A stretch of 64,000 nt of DNA from contig BTVJ01000010.1 of assembly GCA_045863395.1 (NCBI GenBank), forward strand, positions 32,001 to 96,000, given 5' to 3'. A model generated the notes under the pieces. It worked only from the letters and a program-made list of their open reading frames with translations. It was not told where the DNA came from and searched no databases. Shown piece after piece: positions 9,284-19,200 of the stretch; positions within the stretch are counted from its first letter, which is position 1, and each line of letters opens with the position of its first letter. A program made the translations under genes and the position numbers. The stretch is from Myxococcales bacterium (GTDB taxonomy: Bacteria > Myxococcota_A > UBA9042 > JABWCM01 > BTVJ01).

Positions 9284-12200
9284 ATGATCCGTGGAGCGCT
9301 GCCCCTCGCGCTCGTGCTGCTCGTGGGCCTGTGGAGCGGCGCCGCCTCGGCGCAGGTGTGCGCGCGGGTCAAGATCGAGATCGTCCAGGAGCTCACGCTG
9401 GAGCGTCAGGCCTTCGACGCGAAGCTGAAGGTGACGAACGGCGCGACGGACGTCCCGCTGACCCACCTGGGGGTCGAGGTGTCGTTTCGGGACGCGAGCG
9501 GCGGCGAGGTCGTGGCGTCGAGCGACCCGAGCTCCCTCGACGCCTCCTTCTTCGTGGCGCTCGACTCCCTGGACGGGGTGGACGCCGTCGACGGCACCGG
9601 GACCATCGCGGGCGGGGGCGTCGGGGAGGTCCACTGGCTGATCATCCCCGCGCCCGGCGCCGCCGGACCGGGTGGGACCCTGTACTTCGTCGGAGCGCGG
9701 CTCACGTACCGGCTCGGCACCGAGGAGCACACCACCGACGTGGCGCCGGACACCATCACGGTGCGGCCCATGCCCGAGCTGCACCTGGACTACTTCCTGC
9801 CGGACCAGGTCCACGGCGACAACCCGTACACGGACCCGGAGGAGCCGCCCGAGCCCTTCACCCTCGGGCTCCGGGCGTCCAACCAGGGCTTCGGGGTGGC
9901 AGAGAAGCTGGCCATCGAGTCGGCCCAGCCGAAGATCGTGGAGAACGAGCAGGGCCTGCTCATCGCCTTCGAGATCATCGGGAGCGAGGTGGACGGGGCT
10001 CCGGCCACCACGAGCCTGAAGGTGGACCTCGGGGACGTGCAGCCGGGCGAGGCGTCCGTGGCGCGCTGGTTCATGACCTCCACGCTCCAGGGGAAGTTCG
10101 TCTCCTTCGAGGCCAGCTTCACCCACGCCGACGCCCTCGGCGGCAAGCTGACCTCGCTCCTGGAGGAGGTGCGGACCCACCTGCTGGTCCACGACCTGCG
10201 GGTGGACCTGCCCGGCCGCGACGCACACGTCGACTTCCTTGCCTACGACGCCGTGGGCAACCTGACCCTGTATGAGTCGGATCTCGTCGACAGTGCGGTG
10301 TGGGACGCTTCGGACGAAGCAGAGCTCCTTGCTGCCGGACCTGACGCCTGGAACCTTGCCGTCCCGCCCACCGGCGGGTTCTCCTGGGCCCGGGTCGACG
10401 ACCCCAACGCGGGGACCCGGGTCATCGCGTCGGTGGTGCGAGCGGATGGCCGTGTGCTGGCGCCCGACGCCGCCTGGCTCTCGCGCGTATGGGTGAAGGA
10501 CTCCCAGTCGTACCTCTTCTACGTCAACGTCTTCGACACGGGGAACCCCCTCGGGCTGCCCTACGTGGTGACCTTTGGCGGGATGGCGCTCGCCAACTAC
10601 CCGCCAGTGCTCGGCTTCCTGCCGGACCGGGCCGTGGCGGCCGGCGACGCCCTGGCCTACGGGGTCGCGGCCACGGACCCGGACGGGACCGTACCCACCG
10701 TGCAGGTGGGCCACGCGCTGCCGGCTGGCGCGACCTTCGCCGCGCTCGGGGGCGGGGAGGGGCGCCTCGACTGGACCCCCACCGCGGCGCAGGTGGGGAG
10801 CTACCCCATCCTCTTCGAGGCCACCGACGGCAAGCTCTTCGACAAGGCGGTGGCGACCATCCACGTGGTGCCCGCCGGGACGCCCAACAGCCCACCGAGC
10901 GCGGTGGAAGCTGCCATCCAGACCACGGTGGGCACGCCGAGCCCCCCCGTCACGCCGACGGTGGTGGACCTCGACCCCGACGACCAGCACTTCTTCCAGA
11001 TCACCGCGGCGCCCGCCCATGGGGCGGCGGTGGTGGTGCAGAACCAGCTCGTCTACACGCCGTCGCCAGGCTACAAGGGCCCGGACTCCTTCGGGATTCG
11101 CGCGGTGGACCTGTTCGGGGAGGCCGTGGACGGCCTGGCGCAGGTGCTGGTGACCGGCTACGACAACCTGGCGGTGGAGAGCCTGGAGTGGGGCCCCGAG
11201 GGCGTGACGGTCGGAGTGCGCCTCGACGGCACCGAGGCGCCGGTCACGCCCGTGGTGCTGGAGGTGCGCGCCGCGGGGTGCGGCATCGACGCGGTGGTGG
11301 GGTCGGTGGAGCTGCTGCCCCAGCCAGGGCTGGAGTCGGTGGTGGTCGCGGTGGAGCTGCCCACGGACCGGGCGCTGGTCCTGGTGGCGGTGCTGGACGC
11401 CACCGACGCGCTGCCGGAGCCCGACGAGCTGGACAACCGGGCGAGCATCCCGGTCGCGACGGGCGCGGCCTCCACTGCGACGCTCTCCATCGGGTCGAGC
11501 GGCTCCGAGCAACGCAAGTCGTGCGCGGGTCAGGCGCTGGCCATGAACGGTCGCGCGACCTGGAGCATCGCCGAGGCGAGCCCCTGCGGGGGAGTGCCCG
11601 CGGCCGGGCAGCCGATGGTGTGGGCGCTGCGGGATCTGGACGGCGCCCCGGTGCGCCAGGGGAGCGGGCAGACGGACGCCTTCGGCGCGTGGCACCTGGA
11701 GACGGGCCTGCCGGCAGAGTCCATGGCGCTCTATGACCTGGACGTGACGGTGGGCACCCAGGGGGGCACGTGGAGCACGCGGCTGCTGGCAGTGCCCTGC
11801 CCTGCCGCGGTGCCCCCGCCGATGGTGCCCGCGCCGCCCTATCCCGGGCCGAGCGGGGCTGCCGTGGTCGTGTTCAGCGACGGCACGGCGGTCATCCCGT
11901 GGCTGGTACACCCGGGGACGCCCATCCCCACCGCCGGGCACGGAGGCAGCGGCGCGAGGGGGGCCACCTGGGGCACGGGGGCCTCGGACCAGACGGCGCC
12001 GGGCGGCCCGATCCTCGGAGCCCGCGGCGGCGTGGTGGGTGCCTTCGACGCGGCGGCCGGCGCCCTCACGGCCTCGGCAGCCAAGGCGGGCGAGCCGGTC
12101 ACCCTGCGCGGCACGGTCACGGCCAACGACTCCTACTGGGGGCTGCCCGTGGGCTGGACGGCGGAGGGTCCGGCGGGGACGCTGCCCATCGCCCCCACCA

Positions 12201-15200
12201 CCTGGTTCTACGCCAACGGGACGTTGCACGTGGCTGCCACCTGGACGCCACCGGCCGGGGGGGCGTGGACCATCACGCTGCGCGTCGGGCCGGCCCTCGG
12301 GGACACCGACCCGACCAACGACACGGCCAGCCTCGTCGTGGACGTGGCACCCCAGGTGCCCTCTCTCGACGGCCTCGCGCTCTGGCTCGACGGCACGTCG
12401 GGGGTGAGCACCGACGCGGAGGGGCGGGTCGCGGGCTGGGCAGACCGCTCGGGGCGCGCCATGGACGCTGCGCAGCCCGACGCGGCGGCGCGACCGGACG
12501 CATTGGCGGGTGGCGTGCGCTTCCACGGCGCGAGCTCGCTGGTGCTGCCCGACGGCTTCGCCGCGCTCGGCGACGGGCTGACCGTGATCGCGGTCGTCGC
12601 CCCCGACCAGGCGAGCCCCATGGGGGTCCTCGATCTGGGGCCGGGGCCGATGGCGCCCAGGATCGGGCTGGGGCTCGACGCGGACGCCCGGGTGCGCTGG
12701 CAGGCCGGCGCTCGGGTGGTGGCGGGCGGCGTCGAGGCCGAGCTGGCGGCGCCCCAGGTGGTCACCGTGGTCCACGGGGGGACCCTGGCGCGGGCACTCG
12801 TCGGGGGCGTCGAGGTCCTGGCCGAGGCGGCGCGCGTGCCAAAGGGCGGCGAGCACGCGGGGAACCGCGTCGGGGCGTCCGGGGACCCCGCCCTCGCCTC
12901 CTTCCGTGGGGAGCTGCGCGCCCTGCTCGTCTACGAGCGCCCCCTCCCCGACGGCGAGCGCGCGGCGCTCGAAGCCTGGCTGGCGGACCGTCACGGAGCG
13001 TGGCACCCCGGCGCGGCCTGGGTGGAGGCGCTGCCGGAGCCTGCGCAGGCGTTGGCGGCGACCCACCACTGGAGCCAGGCCGAGGCGGAGGCGTGGGTCG
13101 CCTGGGACGCGGACAACCCCGGCGAGGCGATCCCTGGAGACGGGCTCGCGCTGTGGCTTCGGGCAGACTCGGCGGAGCGGACCGGAGGCGAGGTCATCGG
13201 CTGGCCCGACCGCTCCGCGTCGCCATCGCCCACCCCCGCCACGCCGGTCAGCGCCTCGGCGCGGCCGACCTGGGTGCCCGGCGCGCTCGGCGGTCAGCCC
13301 GCGGTGCGCTTCGACGGGGTGGACGACGCGCTCCTCCTGGCGCCGGGTCTCGCGGACCTGCGCCGGAGCGGCGTGACGGTGGCGGCGGTCGTGCGGTCGA
13401 CCGCACCCCGGCGGAACGCCCCGGTGCTGGCGCTGCGCACGGCGACGGGGGCGGGCCCTGTAGACCTGCGGCGCCGCGGCCACGGCCCCGACGCGGTGCT
13501 CTCCACGGGCGGCGCCCTGGCCGGCGACGTGGGCTTCGAGTCCACCGCCCCGCGCCTCCTCATGGCGGTGATCGGAGCCGACGCCACCCTCACGGGCCCC
13601 CTCGGGGCGGTGAGCGGCTCCCTGCCTCGTCCTGCGGGCGTCCCACGAGACGCCTCTCGCATCGGGCGCGACGCCTGGGGCGAGGCCTTCGCCGGCGACC
13701 TGGCCGAGCTGCTGGTGTGGGACCGCTCCCTGTCGACGGACGAGCAGGACGCCGTCGCCTTGGCCCTGGCCGACCGCTATGGCCTGTGGCACCCCCAGGC
13801 CGCGTGGGTGGCAGCCCTGCCCGCGGGGCTAGCGACGCAGGCCGAGGCGCACCGCTGGACCCAGGAGGAGGCCGCGGCCCAGGCGACCTTCGCCAGCGCG
13901 TGGCCGGGCGTCCCCGGCGCCGGGCTCTCCGTCTGGCTGCGCGCGGATCTGGGGCTCACCGCCACGGGGGGCGCCGTCTCCGCGTGGGACGACCAGTCGC
14001 CGGCGGGTGGAGACGCGACCCAGGCTGCGGCAGAGTCGCGCCCGGAGCTCCTGGAGCGGGGCGTGCGCTTCGACGGGGTCGACGACTCCCTGGCGCTGCC
14101 CGCGGGCTTCGGCCGCTTCGAGGGCGCCACGGTCATCGGCGTACTCCGTCCGGGTAGCTCGCCGCCGGGGGCGCACGTGTTCGAGGCGCGCACCACGGGG
14201 GGTGACTCCGTTGCCTTGTCGGCGACCCCGACGCTGCGCTGGCGCGTCGGCGGCCTGGAGGTGAGCGGCGCCGCCATCCCCGGAGCCGTCCAGGTGGTCT
14301 CCGTGACCCATGGCGCGGACGGCGCCGTCCAGGTGCGCCGCGGAGGCGCCCCCGCGGGCTCCGGGACCCTGCCCCTGCCGGCCACCACCCTGCGGGACGT
14401 GGCCTCCATCGGAGGCACGGGCGCCACCTACGCCGGGGACCTCCACGAGCTGCTGGTCTGGCGGCGGGCGCTGCCACCAGCGGAGGTCGTCGCGGTGGAG
14501 GCCGCCGTCGCGGACGCCTGGGGCGCCTGGCATCCGCAGGCAGCCTGGGTCGGCACCCTGGCCGACGTCGGCGCCACTCTAGAGGACACGGCGCTGGTCG
14601 CCGCCCACGGCTGGTCCAAGGCCCACGCGCTCTCGTGGCTCGCCTGGAAGGAGGTGTGGTCCGCGGACGGGCCGCCCGGCGTGGGGCTCGGCCTCTGGCT
14701 GCGGGCGGACACCGGCGTCGTACAGGCAGGCGGGGCGCTGACCGCATGGACCAACCTGGCGCCCGTGGAGCCCGGACCTCCGGCCCTGCCGACCACCCCG
14801 GCCGCCGCCCCGACGGTGCAGGGTGGCGTCCACTTCGACGGCGTGGACGACGGCCTGGCGCTGCCGCCAGGGCTGGCGCTCCTCGACGGCGGCTTCACCG
14901 TCGTGCTGGTCGCGCGCCCGCAGGGGATCCGGCGGTGGGAGCGGCTCGTGGACCTCCAAGGACCATCTGGAGGCGACCAAGTGTGCCTGCTCCGTAAGGC
15001 CGACTCGGCGGCGCTCCAGGTGCGGGTCGGCGCGGCGACCCTGAGCGGCGCGCAGGCCCTGGGGCCGGAGGCGCGCATCCTGTCCGTGGTCGTCGGCCCC
15101 GGCGGCGCGACCATCCGGAGCCAGGGCGTGGTCCGCGGCTCCGGCGCCCTCCCTCTGCCCACGCGGGCGCTGCGGGACCGGAGCCGCCTCGGCCAAGGCG

Positions 15201-15421
15201 CCGACGGGACCGCGGCCTATGGCGGCGACCTCGTGGAGGTCGCGGTGTGGGAGCGCCCCCTGAGCGGGGCCGAGCTCGCAGCGATGGAGATCGCCCTGGC
15301 CGACGCCCACGGGCTCTACCACCCCGACGCGGCCTGGATCGCCGCCCTGCCGCCAGAGCACGCCGCCATCGTCCACGCCAACCGGTGGAACCAGGACCAG
15401 GCGGAGGCGGCGCTGCCATGA
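9284..15421 (+). CDS. Large secreted protein (2045 aa): uncharacterised N-terminal beta domain, Ig/cadherin-like and CARDB-like domains, four LamG/ConA-like repeats
   Basis: Signal peptide MIRGALPLALVLLVGLWSGAASA/Q then VCARVKIEIVQELTLERQAFDA. Ig-like NYPPVL..ATDPDG..LPAGATF..WTP, YTPSPGYKGPDSF, and EPDELDN. Four L.LWL.(A)D..W.D.S..VRFDGVDD..GDL.E..VW.R.L repeats start at ~12365, 13140, 13920 and 14680. Confidence 0.85.
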   Translation: MIRGALPLALVLLVGLWSGAASAQVCARVKIEIVQELTLERQAFDAKLKVTNGATDVPLTHLGVEVSFRDASGGEVVASSDPSSLDASFFVALDSLDGVDAVDGTGTIAGGGVGEVHWLIIPAPGAAGPGGTLYFVGARLTYRLGTEEHTTDVAPDTITVRPMPELHLDYFLPDQVHGDNPYTDPEEPPEPFTLGLRASNQGFGVAEKLAIESAQPKIVENEQGLLIAFEIIGSEVDGAPATTSLKVDLGDVQPGEASVARWFMTSTLQGKFVSFEASFTHADALGGKLTSLLEEVRTHLLVHDLRVDLPGRDAHVDFLAYDAVGNLTLYESDLVDSAVWDASDEAELLAAGPDAWNLAVPPTGGFSWARVDDPNAGTRVIASVVRADGRVLAPDAAWLSRVWVKDSQSYLFYVNVFDTGNPLGLPYVVTFGGMALANYPPVLGFLPDRAVAAGDALAYGVAATDPDGTVPTVQVGHALPAGATFAALGGGEGRLDWTPTAAQVGSYPILFEATDGKLFDKAVATIHVVPAGTPNSPPSAVEAAIQTTVGTPSPPVTPTVVDLDPDDQHFFQITAAPAHGAAVVVQNQLVYTPSPGYKGPDSFGIRAVDLFGEAVDGLAQVLVTGYDNLAVESLEWGPEGVTVGVRLDGTEAPVTPVVLEVRAAGCGIDAVVGSVELLPQPGLESVVVAVELPTDRALVLVAVLDATDALPEPDELDNRASIPVATGAASTATLSIGSSGSEQRKSCAGQALAMNGRATWSIAEASPCGGVPAAGQPMVWALRDLDGAPVRQGSGQTDAFGAWHLETGLPAESMALYDLDVTVGTQGGTWSTRLLAVPCPAAVPPPMVPAPPYPGPSGAAVVVFSDGTAVIPWLVHPGTPIPTAGHGGSGARGATWGTGASDQTAPGGPILGARGGVVGAFDAAAGALTASAAKAGEPVTLRGTVTANDSYWGLPVGWTAEGPAGTLPIAPTTWFYANGTLHVAATWTPPAGGAWTITLRVGPALGDTDPTNDTASLVVDVAPQVPSLDGLALWLDGTSGVSTDAEGRVAGWADRSGRAMDAAQPDAAARPDALAGGVRFHGASSLVLPDGFAALGDGLTVIAVVAPDQASPMGVLDLGPGPMAPRIGLGLDADARVRWQAGARVVAGGVEAELAAPQVVTVVHGGTLARALVGGVEVLAEAARVPKGGEHAGNRVGASGDPALASFRGELRALLVYERPLPDGERAALEAWLADRHGAWHPGAAWVEALPEPAQALAATHHWSQAEAEAWVAWDADNPGEAIPGDGLALWLRADSAERTGGEVIGWPDRSASPSPTPATPVSASARPTWVPGALGGQPAVRFDGVDDALLLAPGLADLRRSGVTVAAVVRSTAPRRNAPVLALRTATGAGPVDLRRRGHGPDAVLSTGGALAGDVGFESTAPRLLMAVIGADATLTGPLGAVSGSLPRPAGVPRDASRIGRDAWGEAFAGDLAELLVWDRSLSTDEQDAVALALADRYGLWHPQAAWVAALPAGLATQAEAHRWTQEEAAAQATFASAWPGVPGAGLSVWLRADLGLTATGGAVSAWDDQSPAGGDATQAAAESRPELLERGVRFDGVDDSLALPAGFGRFEGATVIGVLRPGSSPPGAHVFEARTTGGDSVALSATPTLRWRVGGLEVSGAAIPGAVQVVSVTHGADGAVQVRRGGAPAGSGTLPLPATTLRDVASIGGTGATYAGDLHELLVWRRALPPAEVVAVEAAVADAWGAWHPQAAWVGTLADVGATLEDTALVAAHGWSKAHALSWLAWKEVWSADGPPGVGLGLWLRADTGVVQAGGALTAWTNLAPVEPGPPALPTTPAAAPTVQGGVHFDGVDDGLALPPGLALLDGGFTVVLVARPQGIRRWERLVDLQGPSGGDQVCLLRKADSAALQVRVGAATLSGAQALGPEARILSVVVGPGGATIRSQGVVRGSGALPLPTRALRDRSRLGQGADGTAAYGGDLVEVAVWERPLSGAELAAMEIALADAHGLYHPDAAWIAALPPEHAAIVHANRWNQDQAEAALP

Positions 15422-16269
15422 AGGCGACGATCGCGCTGCTCCTGCTCACCGCGACCGCCTCGGCGGAGCCCCACGTGCTGCTGGATCGAGGCGCCGGCGA
15501 GCGCACCTTCCGGCTGCGCTTCGAGGCGCAGAACCCGGGGGCCGAGCCCCTCGCCGCCTCCTTCGTGGCGCTGGTCCCGTCCCGCGGGTGCGGATCCCTG
15601 GTGCGCCTCGTGAGCTCACACCCCGGCGAGCTGGACGAGGTGGGCGGCAGCGTGGCGGCCACGGTGCACGTCGGGGAGCTGCCGCCCTACGGCGCCGCGG
15701 TGGTCACTCTCGCCGCCACGCTGGGGGATGCCCCCCTGGGAGCACCGCCTGCCGGGGTCGCGGGGGACGACGGCGACCCGATCATCGACGCCGCCCTGGC
15801 CGACCGGACCATCCAGGAGCTCGCGGAGAAGGCCCGCCGCGCCACTGCGCGGGCCACCGCGGACGCGGCCTTCGACCTGGTGGTGGCGCGCATCACCCCC
15901 GCGGCGTTCGACCCCCTCCCGCCGGACCCCGTCGGGGCGCTGCGGAGCGGGCGCGGCGACTGCTCGGACATGGCGGCCGCCCTGGTGGCCGTCTGCCGCG
16001 CGGCGGGCGTGCCGGCCAGGTACGTGGGCGGCTGGCGAGTCTCGGGCAGCGCGGTCCTCGACCCCGCCCGCTACCACAACTGGGCGGAGGTCGGTGAGGG
16101 GTGGACCCCCATGGACCCCCACGGGAGCGAGCGGGCGCCCCAGCCCGAGACCTGCCTCGTCGCCGCCGTCGGTGCCGCCCCCACGGTGACGGGCGGGAGC
16201 CCCAGGTTCCGCCCGCTGTCCCCCGGCCTCGTGGTGAAGGCCATGGCCCCCAAGGAGGGAACGAGATGA
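15418..16269 (+). CDS. Secreted transglutaminase-like (Cys-His-Asp) protein, 283 aa
   Basis: Signal peptide MKATIALLLLTATASA/E; core GDCSDMAAALVAVCRAAGVPAR, YHNWAEV, WTPMDP; ATGA overlaps with both neighbours. Confidence 0.88.
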   Translation: MKATIALLLLTATASAEPHVLLDRGAGERTFRLRFEAQNPGAEPLAASFVALVPSRGCGSLVRLVSSHPGELDEVGGSVAATVHVGELPPYGAAVVTLAATLGDAPLGAPPAGVAGDDGDPIIDAALADRTIQELAEKARRATARATADAAFDLVVARITPAAFDPLPPDPVGALRSGRGDCSDMAAALVAVCRAAGVPARYVGGWRVSGSAVLDPARYHNWAEVGEGWTPMDPHGSERAPQPETCLVAAVGAAPTVTGGSPRFRPLSPGLVVKAMAPKEGTR

Positions 16270-19200
16270 GCGCTGCGCTCCGCACTCTGATAGCGGTGGC
16301 GATGCTGGTCCCCGGGGCTGCGGCTGCCCAGAACCTGCTGGTCAACGGGAGCTGTGACGACGCCCTCGTCGGCGCCGAGATCCCCGGCTGGACCGAGGTC
16401 ACCGGCACGTCGTGGACCCGCCGCAGCTCCAGCCCGGGCGCCCGCGATGGGAGCTACTACTTCTACGCCGGCGCCAACGCTGCCGCGGAGCTGGCCCAGA
16501 GCGTCGACGTGTCGTCCATGGCGGCGGACATCGACGGCGGGGCGCACGCCTTCCGGTTCTCGGGCTTCATCCGGTCGTTCGACCAGGCGCCCTCCGACAC
16601 CGCGCGCATCGTCGTCGAGTACCGCAGCGGGGCGGGGACGGTGCTGGACGCGTTCGACACGGGGCCGACCGCCTACTTCGTCGCGTGGACTCCCATCTCG
16701 GACACGCGGACCGCCCCGGTGGGGACGCGCACCATCCGGGTGCGCCTGGAGTCGATCCGCTTCAACGGGACCAACAACGACGGGTACTTCGACGGCCTGC
16801 GGCTCGTGGCCCTCGGAGCGCCGCCGGCGGTGGCCGGCACCGCGACCCGCATCGAGGATCTGCGGGCCGAGGCCACCGAAGGGGGGGTGCGGCTCCGCTG
16901 GACGGCGCCCACTGCCGGGCTCCGGCGGGGGCTGTCGCCCGACCTGCCGGCCCTCGACTGCGTGGACGTTGCCGAGACCGGCAACACCGCCAGCGGCGTC
17001 TACTGGCTCGCGACCGAGGGCGGCCCCTCCCGCGCCTTCTGCGACCTGGACACCGACGGCGGCGGCTGGACCCTCTGCTACACCGCGACGACCACCGTGC
17101 GGCTGGCCTCGGAGACGACCTACGACCCCGCCCTGCCCTACGGCACGGACGGCTACCGCGCAGACTGCCGGGGCGTGCCCTTCCGCGACGTGCTCTACGT
17201 GAACCACGACGGCGGCGACCACGCGTGGTTCCGGCGTGACGCCGCCGGGGACGTGACGATGGGCGAGCTTGGCTACAACACCAACGGCGCGGAGCTGGGC
17301 ACGTTCACTGGCCACGGAGCGACCGACGCGGGCGTCCCCTACCAGCTCATGGTGTGCGACACGACCAACTGGTACCCCGGGCTGATGGTGAGCGGCGCCG
17401 GCTCCTGCTGGAAGTCCTGCGGCAACTGGTGCAGCGACTCGACGAGCCTCTATTACCGCATGCGGGGCCTGTCCTACGTCGGGGCGGCCTTCAACCAGCC
17501 AGGCCACCGGGACCTGCAACCGAAGCGCCTCTCCGTGGGGGTCCGGCGCCGCGTGCCCAATCCGCCTCCTGGTGCGAGCACCTACGAGGTGCGCTCCTCG
17601 GCGGTGGCCATCACCGACGCCGCCCCGTGGGAGCCCACGCCGTCACGAGGCGAGCATGACGGGACGGTCGACGACGGCGCGCTCACCCTGGCGCCCCCGG
17701 TGGCCGGCGTGGTGGACGACAGAGCCCGCGTCCTGGCCGTGGAGTCGGGCCTGACCGTACCCCTCGGCGTCGCCGTGACCGACGGCGCGTGGATCTACGC
17801 GAAGCCACAGGCCGGCAGCGGCCCGAGCATCTTCTGGAAGATCGGCAGCGGCATGGGCGGGACCGTGGCGGGCCAGGTGGAGTCGAGCGTCGGCCCCGAC
17901 ACGACGGCGTCCATGTCCGCGGCCTACCTCGATGGGTTCATCTACAACCCCATCTCCGGCAACCCCTACGCGCTGGAGCGCCTCGACGTGGCGACGGGCG
18001 TGCTGGAGACCGTCGCCGTGCCCGATGGCCTGCTGCGCCGGGACACGGGGCGGGTGGAGGCCGGGGGCGAGATCCTGATTGGCAGCGACGGCCAGCACCT
18101 GCTGTGCCTGGCCCACTCCATCGAGGGAGGGTCCCTGAACGGCTGGCGACTGCGCACCTACGGCGTGGGGCCGCTCGGTGAGCCGGATCTGCTCGACGAG
18201 TCGCTGATCTTCACGACCAGCTACGCGGCCCGGTCGGTGCTGGCCGACGGGAGCGTCGTCATCCCCATGCCCTGGGGCAACTCGTCCGGCACCGCGCGGA
18301 TCCTGGCCGTGCTGGACCCGGCGACGCTGGCTCAGGTGCGGACGAGCTCGATCATCCAGTGCTCCTCCTGCTGGGACTTCGACGCGCCTGCCGGCGGCGG
18401 CTACGACCCGCTGCATGGGTTGTTCTGGGTGGGCGACGGCGTGCGGCCGCGCCTCGCGGCCTTCCCGGCGACGCGCGTGACGAGCGCGGGGACCTTCACG
18501 TCGGAGGCCCACGACTTCGGAGCCCCGGTCACCCTCGGGTCGATCACCTGGGACGCGGAGATCCCGGCCGGGGCCTCCGCCACCGTCTCCGCCCGCACGA
18601 GCCAGGATCTCGCCACCTGGAGCGCCTTCGCGCCAGTCTCTGCCTCGGGCGGCACCCCAGCCGTCCCCGCAGGCCGATACGCCCAGGTGCGCGTCACCAT
18701 GAGCCGGGGGAGCAACGCGCCGCGCGTGCGAGGGCTCCACGTGAGCGCGTCCGGTGAGACCTGGTCGGCAGCCACGCCGGTCACAGGCGCCCCCGAGCCG
18801 GGACCGCCCGGCACCCCGCAGGAGATGGTGGTGCCCGTGGCCCCCGGCGAGGCTTGGTTTGCCATCCGCGCGGTCACCACGGCCCCGGGCCCGGCGTCCG
18901 TCCCCGCCCACCGGCCCGCGGGCACGGCGATAACCCTCGACTCCCCTCCCGACGGAGCCACGGTGGCGGGCCTCGTGCCCGTTCAGGTCACCGCCGCCGC
19001 GACGAGCGTGGAGCTTCGCGTGGACGGCGCGCTGGTCGCGACCCTGGAGGCCCCCTCGGCGCCGGCCGCGCAGGCGGCGAGCCCCCGCTGGCGCCTCTCG
19101 CGGACCGTCCGGGTCGATGACGCGGGCCCGGGCCTGTCCGCGACGACGACCGTCTCCGTTCCCCTGGACGTGGCGGACCTGATCCCGCGGGGCTTCGTGC

